Below are positions 18,456 through 25,318 of a DNA stretch of 56,993 bases, one piece after another; positions within the stretch are counted from its first letter, which is position 1; each line of letters starts with the position of its first letter. The stretch is taken from the NCBI GenBank assembly GCA_051651645.1, contig JBOFSR010000016.1:1-56993 (forward strand). Direction: 5' to 3'. The notes beneath the pieces are model-generated. The model was not told the origin of the DNA. It did not search any database and saw only the letters and a program-made list of their open reading frames with translations. Origin of the DNA: Treponemataceae bacterium. Its GTDB lineage: Bacteria; Spirochaetota; Spirochaetia; Treponematales; Treponemataceae. The translations under genes and the position numbers were made by a program.

Positions 18456-19115
18456 TTACATTGCACCTTTTCGCTTAATTACGTAGGTGACTGTTTTGAA
18501 TAGAATATCGATATCAAGGGAAAAGCATTTATTGATAGCGTAATACAAATCCATTGCAACGCGTTTTTCATAAGTTGTTTCACTCCTGCCATTCGCTTGC
18601 CAGTAGCCTGTTAAACCAGGGCGCCGCTCAAAAATTGCGTTGAAATATTTGCCGTATCGTTCAATTTCAGCCTTAACTATGGGACGATGCCCCACCAAAC
18701 TCATATCGCCTTTTATGACATTCCATAACTGAGGAAGTTCATCTAAACTAGTTTTTCGTAAAAAATCACCAATTCGAGTAATTCGTGGATCATTTTCTAG
18801 CTTAAATTTTTTTGCAAATTCAGCTTTTTGCACAGGATTGAAATTATTAAAAACCTCATCGGCATTATAAACCATTGTACGAAATTTATAAATTTTAAAT
18901 ACTTTTCCGTTTCTTCCAATGCGATTTTGCGAAAATACAACTTTTCCTTTTGAGTCAAGTTTGATACAAATTGCGAGCAAAATAAATACGGGCAAAAAAA
19001 AATAAAAAGCACAAAATGCTGCAGAAAAATCAAAAGCTCTTTTAAAAAATAAATAGGTTCGGTGATTTTTCTTGTTGATTTCAATGCCGTCGATTGAAGT
19101 AAAATCTTTTTCCAT
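18456..19115 (-). CDS. Small monotopic phosphoglycosyl transferase (bacterial sugar transferase, PglC/WbaP C-terminal type)
   Basis: 219 aa with one re-entrant hydrophobic helix and the motifs KFRTM, DPRIT..G.FLRKTSLDELPQLWNVIKGDMSLVGHRP. Confidence 0.85.
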   Translation of the reverse strand: MEKDFTSIDGIEINKKNHRTYLFFKRAFDFSAAFCAFYFFLPVFILLAICIKLDSKGKVVFSQNRIGRNGKVFKIYKFRTMVYNADEVFNNFNPVQKAEFAKKFKLENDPRITRIGDFLRKTSLDELPQLWNVIKGDMSLVGHRPIVKAEIERYGKYFNAIFERRPGLTGYWQANGRSETTYEKRVAMDLYYAINKCFSLDIDILFKTVTYVIKRKGAM

Positions 19116-19259
19116 AAAAATCCATAAAATGATAATTCCTTTTATAATACTCTAGCTTTTTAATAAAATCAAGTAATTACAATCAACGGCTTGTAAATAA
19201 TAAGATATAAGACCTTAAAAACTGCAATCATTGTAATAATCGACACGCTAATCAGGTTG

Positions 19260-20558
19260 CTATATTTTTCGTGCTTCAAAATAAAATCGTTTTTCGCTTG
19301 CTTCACCCATTGAAAAACTTTTACGGGGAAGATTTCCTGTTTGCTCAATTGTCTTGAAAAATGAATTTTTTGTAATATCAGGCAAGAGCATTCCAACCGT
19401 ATTATCTGCCTTAGCGAGTTTAAATACTTCGTTGCTTCCGTGGATGTAGTCAATTTTAGCCGTTTGATTTTTGTTTAAAAACTCATCCAGAAGCGGTTGT
19501 AAAAGGCTTACTAAGAGATTTTCTGTTGTGGTTTGAATAAAAAAATGCTCACTTGTATTATTAGCGGTAAATGAAAGCGAAAATCCATTAAGGTTGGTTG
19601 AAACTTTTTTTTCAAGCTCGGTGGCGGTCATAACTTTTTCAGCTTTACAATTGAGTTTTTCTTCAAAAAAACTGAGCAAATCTTTGGCGTTCACCTTAAA
19701 TAGGGCTCGGTGGATAGGCTCAAAAGTCAGGCCGTCATCAAAAATATTTACAATCTCAATTAAAGCGTACCGTAAAGGACTTTTTTCAATTTGATTTGGG
19801 TTATTTTTTTTGTATTCTTGCCAAATTGTCTTTGCTGTTGCAAGGGAGTGATTGCCATCTCCGACGGCAAATAAAAATGTGTTGCCATCCTCATGGGTGT
19901 TTTGACAATAAAGCGTTTCTAAGTTGGCATGGATGCTCGAATATAAGCTTTCATCAACAAGAAATCCTTTTAAATGCCCAGAATTCTGTAGTAAATCAGT
20001 TTCATATAAAGGAGAGCTTCTGTCAATTTTTTTTGCAATCATTTCTATGAGGATTTTTTTTTCGTCGTTAATCAATAGCATAATATGTGGTAGCTCAAGA
20101 CTTGCACCGTATCTAATTTTTACTCGCGGCGGAATTCGCTCAATGATAGTTGCTTCTGTTGCCCTAATGAGGGCTTTTTTTGAACAATCCCACTCGTAAT
20201 GCTCTAAATCAATTGCCGTAACAAGGCCTCGTCGCATTCTTCCGTATTCTGTGGTTCGCTCTATATAAATCATTCCATTGACAGCTGAAAAATAGTTTGC
20301 GTTACAATACTCAGTCATTTTTGTATGAATGCTTTGAATGCGTTCGTCTTCGTCGTTATTTTCTAAGTACGCCTCAGGATATATCAAGTGCAGGGTTGAG
20401 GGTGCTAAGCCAATTTCTTTTTCAAGGCTCGCCCAGTATTCTTTGTCTTGCGTAAATTGATCACATGCAATAGTCGCCCATTTTTTTTTGTCAAGCTGCG
20501 GTGCTGGAAGTAAAATTTCGCTAATATGCAATCCATATTTTGAAAAATCGTAATTCAT
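19260..20558 (-). CDS. Conserved hypothetical protein, tentatively DUF1015 family
   Basis: 432 aa soluble protein. The GDGNHS block and overall size resemble my recollection of DUF1015 (xDGHHR). This needs an HMM check. Confidence 0.5.
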   Translation of the reverse strand: MNYDFSKYGLHISEILLPAPQLDKKKWATIACDQFTQDKEYWASLEKEIGLAPSTLHLIYPEAYLENNDEDERIQSIHTKMTEYCNANYFSAVNGMIYIERTTEYGRMRRGLVTAIDLEHYEWDCSKKALIRATEATIIERIPPRVKIRYGASLELPHIMLLINDEKKILIEMIAKKIDRSSPLYETDLLQNSGHLKGFLVDESLYSSIHANLETLYCQNTHEDGNTFLFAVGDGNHSLATAKTIWQEYKKNNPNQIEKSPLRYALIEIVNIFDDGLTFEPIHRALFKVNAKDLLSFFEEKLNCKAEKVMTATELEKKVSTNLNGFSLSFTANNTSEHFFIQTTTENLLVSLLQPLLDEFLNKNQTAKIDYIHGSNEVFKLAKADNTVGMLLPDITKNSFFKTIEQTGNLPRKSFSMGEASEKRFYFEARKI

Positions 20559-20617
20559 AAGTCATTCTATCATAAATACCAAAATAAATCTTAAAGGATT
20601 GTATTTTTTTTAGAAAT

Positions 20618-21724
20618 TTAGTGTTTTTGTAAAATGAACAAGTATTCGCGCACGTGAATATTTCTGTTTGTAAGATTTCTGCTCCCTCGAAAGGTATTGT
20701 ATTTTATATCGATTATGGTAAGTTTGCCGTATTTTTTTAGCATGGTGGTCATTTGCTCAAAGCTGATAAAACCCTCTGAATTATACGAAAGAATTAAAAA
20801 CTTGGCATCAAGTGAGCTGACAATGCTTTCTAATGAATTGAGGGCTTTTTGCTTTTTGTTAAAGTTTGAGCGATTCCAGTCTTGTGTAATGCCGCTTACA
20901 TCGCTTATTGCAACGTCAAGCTTGTTTTTCAAAATTAAATTGAGCATAAAATAGTTTGATCCGTAGGGGTGCTGATTGTAAGGCGGGTCTAAGTACGCAA
21001 TATCGATATTTTTGAGTTTGGAGCAAAGAGATTCAGCGTCATCTTCATATATTTCTAACTCGCTTTCAAAATTGCTAAAAACAGGCTCGCTCAAGGTTAC
21101 AGAGCCAACAATGCGAGAGAGGGCATTTTTGGCAGCGCCACCAAAGCAGCCAATCCCCGTATTTTTGTCCTTATAAAATCCCTTAAATACGCCACTTGTG
21201 TTTACGTGGATAGAGGCCTCAGTGATTAGAGGAGCTAAGAAAAATTTGCGTAAGTCGCTTTCTTGGATAATTTCATCTATTAAATGGCGATAGGTATCAA
21301 TTAAAAGGGCATTTTCTCTTGTGTAAAAAACTCGCTCTTTTTTTTTAATGTGATGATCATCTTTTGGAGCATAATGCGTACAAATTATGCCTTCTTTTTT
21401 GTTATCTTTGCAAAGTTGGATAATTTTTTGTCGATATTCGTTGCAAATATCAGCAGGATAGTCTTTTTTATTAATCAAGTAGCAACTATTTATCATTTTT
21501 GAATAATTTTCTAAATCATTTACAATCAGAATCTTGCTATGTTTTTTTAGCATTCGTGCAACAACGCCAGATCCAGAAAACATGTCAGCACAAATAAGAT
21601 TTTTTGCCTGTAACAGCTTTTTAATTCGCTCAACTTCAGGCTCAATTTTTTCTATTAAAAGCCGTTTGTTGCCTAAGTACGTAATGAGCTGCGTTGTATA
21701 AAATTCTTTGTTTTCAGTGATCAT
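20618..21724 (-). CDS. Site-specific DNA N6-adenine methyltransferase (alpha-type motif order, D12/Dam-like class)
   Basis: 368 aa. YLGNKRLL, then the AdoMet motif I DMFSGSG near the N-terminus, and the catalytic motif IV DPPY (AYLDPPYN) in the C-terminal half. Confidence 0.8.
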   Translation of the reverse strand: MITENKEFYTTQLITYLGNKRLLIEKIEPEVERIKKLLQAKNLICADMFSGSGVVARMLKKHSKILIVNDLENYSKMINSCYLINKKDYPADICNEYRQKIIQLCKDNKKEGIICTHYAPKDDHHIKKKERVFYTRENALLIDTYRHLIDEIIQESDLRKFFLAPLITEASIHVNTSGVFKGFYKDKNTGIGCFGGAAKNALSRIVGSVTLSEPVFSNFESELEIYEDDAESLCSKLKNIDIAYLDPPYNQHPYGSNYFMLNLILKNKLDVAISDVSGITQDWNRSNFNKKQKALNSLESIVSSLDAKFLILSYNSEGFISFEQMTTMLKKYGKLTIIDIKYNTFRGSRNLTNRNIHVREYLFILQKH

Positions 21725-21758
21725 ATTTTTAGATTAACATTATAGTTTATTACAAAGA

Positions 21759-21786
21759 ATTATACCAACATAGAATTAAAAATCAA
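21759..21786 (-). promoter_or_regulatory. Putative extended -10 promoter of the methyltransferase gene
   Basis: On the minus strand TTGATT (21786..21781), 16 nt, TGgTATAAT (-10 hexamer at 21764..21759). Confidence 0.45.
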
Positions 21787-21878
21787 GCAAGGCGGTCTTC
21801 GCAGCGGGTTAAAAAGGCTGTAGTCGTGCAGTTTTTTTTTATTTTACAAAGTACAAGACATCTTGGGGGCAATTTTTA

Positions 21879-21907
21879 TTGAATATAAATTTAGAAGGTG
21901 CTATATT
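21879..21907 (+). promoter_or_regulatory. Putative sigma70 promoter of the outer-membrane protein gene
   Basis: TTGAAT (21879..21884), 17 nt, TATATT (21902..21907), about 75 nt upstream of the ATG. Confidence 0.35.
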
Positions 21908-21981
21908 GAGTGCTATTATTTAACTCTTTGCATTATGTTGATTTTTTAACAAGCAAAGATGTATTTCTATTTTAGGAGATT

Positions 21982-23142
21982 ATGATGAAAAAAAAGATTT
22001 TAAGTCTTTTTGTGTTTTCTTTGGTAACTTTAACGGTTTATGCTCAATTACCAGAGGGAGTTAGTGCCGAAAATACCATTGAAGTTGAATTTGGTACCGA
22101 AGCTACAGGTGGAACAAAGTTTCAGCTTTACCATTTGCGTGAACAATTTGATTTATTTTATCATTCGGAAAAAGTTGACTTTGTTGGTCGCATTCGTTTG
22201 CAAATTGCTACCGACTTTGATGATTATTTTGCATTTGGCTCATCGAGCAATGGCAACTGGGATTATCAAGAAGACCTAAAAGCAACAGCCTTGATTCGTC
22301 CCTTTAAGGGCTTGGAGTTTGGCGTTGGAACAGATATTGATTGGGAAGCAGGTGAGCGCTCTATTTGGGATGATGATGACAATCGTTATGCTGTAACGTA
22401 TGGCACCAGAAAATCTGCAGGGCTTTGGGATGCATACCGTGCTGATTTATACGGAAGTAGCGGCTTTGGAACAAGGTTTATTGCAGGCGGATTTTCGCTT
22501 GGAGCAGGTATTCCCTTTCAGTTTGTTGATGATCCATCAGATTTTAAAATGCAAATGGGAACACGTTTTCACTTGCCAGAAATTTTTAGCGTTGGATTTG
22601 CTTGGGTAGGTGATTTTAATGGAGATAGCAATGCAAAAAATCCGTGGAGCCTCTATCTTGGCGGAAGTATTGATTTTTTAAAGATTGTTAAATTTCAAAT
22701 CTTTGCGAACTATGTTCAGTACCGTGGTGCAAATATAAACAGCTTTGCAAAAAGTGAGTTTAACTTAGGTGCTCGTGTAATATTAGCTTTTGGTGTATTT
22801 TCACTTACCCCAGAGTTTGCAATGACCTTTTATGACAAGTATGATGCTCTAAAAGATTCTTTTCGAAATACTTTCTTCATTGCTGTTCCCCTTGATTTCC
22901 AATTTGGAGAAGCCTTTGGACTTGGTGTTACGGTTGCATACGCAACGGGGCATAAAGCAAAAGATGACTTAGATAAGGATGCTTTTGACTCAAAGTTTAC
23001 CGTTGAGCCACGTGTTTCTATTGGTATCAAAGACAGCTCGCTTGAAATTAGCGTTCCCATTGACTTTCAACAACTTCAGTCTCGTGGAGAAAAATTCCAC
23101 ACGGGATTTGCAGGAAAGTTTGCTTGGATAACACGCTTCTAA
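21982..23142 (+). CDS. Putative outer-membrane beta-barrel protein
   Basis: 386 aa with a signal peptide (LVTLTVYAQ), alternating aromatic/Gly-rich strands and a C-terminal ...FAWITRF ending in Phe (beta-signal-like). The second ATG at 21985 has better spacing to AGGAG. Confidence 0.55.
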   Translation: MMKKKILSLFVFSLVTLTVYAQLPEGVSAENTIEVEFGTEATGGTKFQLYHLREQFDLFYHSEKVDFVGRIRLQIATDFDDYFAFGSSSNGNWDYQEDLKATALIRPFKGLEFGVGTDIDWEAGERSIWDDDDNRYAVTYGTRKSAGLWDAYRADLYGSSGFGTRFIAGGFSLGAGIPFQFVDDPSDFKMQMGTRFHLPEIFSVGFAWVGDFNGDSNAKNPWSLYLGGSIDFLKIVKFQIFANYVQYRGANINSFAKSEFNLGARVILAFGVFSLTPEFAMTFYDKYDALKDSFRNTFFIAVPLDFQFGEAFGLGVTVAYATGHKAKDDLDKDAFDSKFTVEPRVSIGIKDSSLEISVPIDFQQLQSRGEKFHTGFAGKFAWITRF

Positions 23143-23152
23143 ATGCCGTATT

Positions 23153-23187
23153 CTACAGAAACAGTTGATTAATCATTGCTTCTGTAG
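23153..23187. terminator. Imperfect hairpin between convergent genes
   Basis: CTACAGAA...TGATT/AATCA...TTCTGTAG. It lies between the OMP stop and the helicase stop. Confidence 0.35.
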
Positions 23188-23224
23188 GATTTGCTGGAGC
23201 GTATTTTACAGAACAAGCCTAAAA

Positions 23225-25318
23225 TCACATAATAAATTTTTGTTTCATTTTTGCAAGGATTTCAAGTGCTTGCTCTGTGTCGAGTGCTTGCTCTGGTTCA
23301 TGATATTCAACAAGGCCTGCAGGAATTTCGTCTAAAAATGGAGAAGGAGCGCATTCAACTACGGATTGCATTTTTTTTCGTTTGCGACACGATGAAATAA
23401 AAAGTTTATCACGGGCTCGAGTAATTGCTACGTAAAAAAGCCGCCGCTCTTCTTCAACATTGCCGTCGCCTTCTTCCATACTTCGTGCGTGCGGAATAAT
23501 TCCCTCTTCGCAACCCACAATAAACACCACAGGAAACTCCAAGCCTTTTGACGCGTGAATTGTCATTAAATTGACCTTGCCTTTTGATCCGTCATCGTCC
23601 ATATCATCACGTGAAAGAAGCGTAATGCGATTAAGATAATCGTACAGCCCTGTTTTCGAGTTGTCGGGATCATTTTCCCATGTTTCCATAGATTGAAGCA
23701 AACTCTCTATGTTCAAAAACTTATATCGAGCAGCCTTCTCGTTCTTTTGGTATTCTGTGATAAGATAATCAGAATAGTTGATTTCATCAATAAGCGTGCG
23801 AACTTTTTTTGCAAGTCCCTTGCCATGCAACATTGCATGACGATGCTTGAGAATAAAGCTGGCAAAGCCCTCAAGCTCAGTTTTCATTTTATCGCTTAGA
23901 ATATCGCTTGCCCGAATGTGCGTAAAGCGTGAAAAATGCTCATCGTCAAGGAGGGGCACGTCCGCATTTTCATCCTCAAAGAGCGAGATGCTTTTATTTT
24001 TGCGACTTGCAAGAAGCGTTGCATTGATGGCAACCCAAAGCGAACAATTATTTTTTGTCGCCACCGCAGAAATATCCTCAAGGGTTTTTCGCCCAATGCC
24101 ACGACGCGGTGTATTGATGATGCGTAGGAGGTTTATGTCGTCATCGTGATTTGCACAAACACGAAGATAACTAATCACATCTTTGATTTCTTTGCGCTGA
24201 AAAAAGCTCGTTCCGCCGCTCATCGTGTAGGGAATGTTATATTCCAAAAAGGATTCTTCGATTGCACGGCTTAAATTATTTGCTCGCAATAAAACGCCGA
24301 AATCATCATAGCGACGATTTTCGCCCATGCGAATGCTCTGAATCATCTCGCACACAAACTCCGCCTCAGCATTTTCATCATCAGGCATATAAATTTCAAT
24401 CGGCTTGCCACTGCCGTTTCCAGACCATAAAGCCTTGTCTTTTCGGTTGGTATTGTTGGAAATGACGCCATTTGCCGCAGCTAAAATTGTTTCCGTCGAG
24501 CGATAATTTTGCTCGAGGCGAATCTCTTTTACATTGGGAAAATCCCTCTCAAACATGCGGATATTTTCGTAATTTGCCCCACGCCATGAATAAATTGACT
24601 GATCATCATCGCCTACAACGCTCACATTTTTGTCGGCAATTAAATGCATAAACTCATATTGCTGCATACTCGTGTCTTGAAACTCATCAACCATGATGTA
24701 TTTATAGCGGGAGCGATATTTTTCTAAAACCTCAGGATGTTCCTTAAAAAGCTTGATGGGCAAGGTGATTAAATCATCAAAATCAACGGCGTTATAGATT
24801 TTTAAGCCTCGTTGATATTCTTCGTACAGCTGACGATACTGATCATTTGAACTTTCCCAGTTCCAGCGACCAATTTTTATGTTTGAAAACAAACTTCCCA
24901 CCGCATACACATCGAGGGCATCGGAGGTAAAGCCCAGCTCCCTTCCCGTTTCTTTTATCAGTTGATTGCGATCGGTTTCATCATAAATACTAAAGTTTTG
25001 CCGCCAACCAAGCTTATCAATGTCGGCTCGAAGAATTTTTACGCCAAAAGCGTGAAAAGTTGAAATCGTAAGATTTTGCAACTTTTTTTGCGTGAGCTCT
25101 TTAATGCGCTCCTCCATTTCTCGGGCAGCTTTGTTCGTAAAGGTGAGCGAGAGAATTTGACTTTGCGGAATGCCTTGCTCGAGCATGTAGGCAATGCGAA
25201 AAGTGATAACGCGCGTCTTGCCACTGCCTGCTCCTGCAATAATAAGAATCGCACCGTCGATAGTGGTCACAACTTCAAGTTGCTTGTCGTTAAGTTCAGC
25301 TTTGTAATTTATATTCAT
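23225..25318 (-). CDS. ATP-dependent DNA helicase, UvrD/PcrA/Rep family
   Basis: 697 aa. Walker A AGAGSGKTRV, motif II VDEFQDTS, and the QNYRS, VGDDDQSIYSWRGA and C-terminal TIHASKGLEFP blocks. Its ATG overlaps the stop of the upstream gene (ATGA). Confidence 0.9.
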   Translation of the reverse strand: MNINYKAELNDKQLEVVTTIDGAILIIAGAGSGKTRVITFRIAYMLEQGIPQSQILSLTFTNKAAREMEERIKELTQKKLQNLTISTFHAFGVKILRADIDKLGWRQNFSIYDETDRNQLIKETGRELGFTSDALDVYAVGSLFSNIKIGRWNWESSNDQYRQLYEEYQRGLKIYNAVDFDDLITLPIKLFKEHPEVLEKYRSRYKYIMVDEFQDTSMQQYEFMHLIADKNVSVVGDDDQSIYSWRGANYENIRMFERDFPNVKEIRLEQNYRSTETILAAANGVISNNTNRKDKALWSGNGSGKPIEIYMPDDENAEAEFVCEMIQSIRMGENRRYDDFGVLLRANNLSRAIEESFLEYNIPYTMSGGTSFFQRKEIKDVISYLRVCANHDDDINLLRIINTPRRGIGRKTLEDISAVATKNNCSLWVAINATLLASRKNKSISLFEDENADVPLLDDEHFSRFTHIRASDILSDKMKTELEGFASFILKHRHAMLHGKGLAKKVRTLIDEINYSDYLITEYQKNEKAARYKFLNIESLLQSMETWENDPDNSKTGLYDYLNRITLLSRDDMDDDGSKGKVNLMTIHASKGLEFPVVFIVGCEEGIIPHARSMEEGDGNVEEERRLFYVAITRARDKLFISSCRKRKKMQSVVECAPSPFLDEIPAGLVEYHEPEQALDTEQALEILAKMKQKFIM

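Noticed and set aside
19169-19453. A 94-aa minus-strand ORF overlapping the 3' end of the 19260-20558 gene
   Set aside because: It overlaps a longer, better-supported ORF in another frame. It has no recognisable features.
21832-21840. A T9 run after a GC-containing segment in the methylase/OMP divergent region, as a terminator or small RNA end
   Set aside because: Only a 3-bp stem can be drawn before the T-run. No plus-strand gene lies upstream to terminate.
20618-23142. The methyltransferase as part of a complete restriction-modification or other defence system
   Set aside because: The neighbouring ORFs show no nuclease, helicase or specificity-subunit motifs. I treat it as an orphan methylase pending HMM checks.
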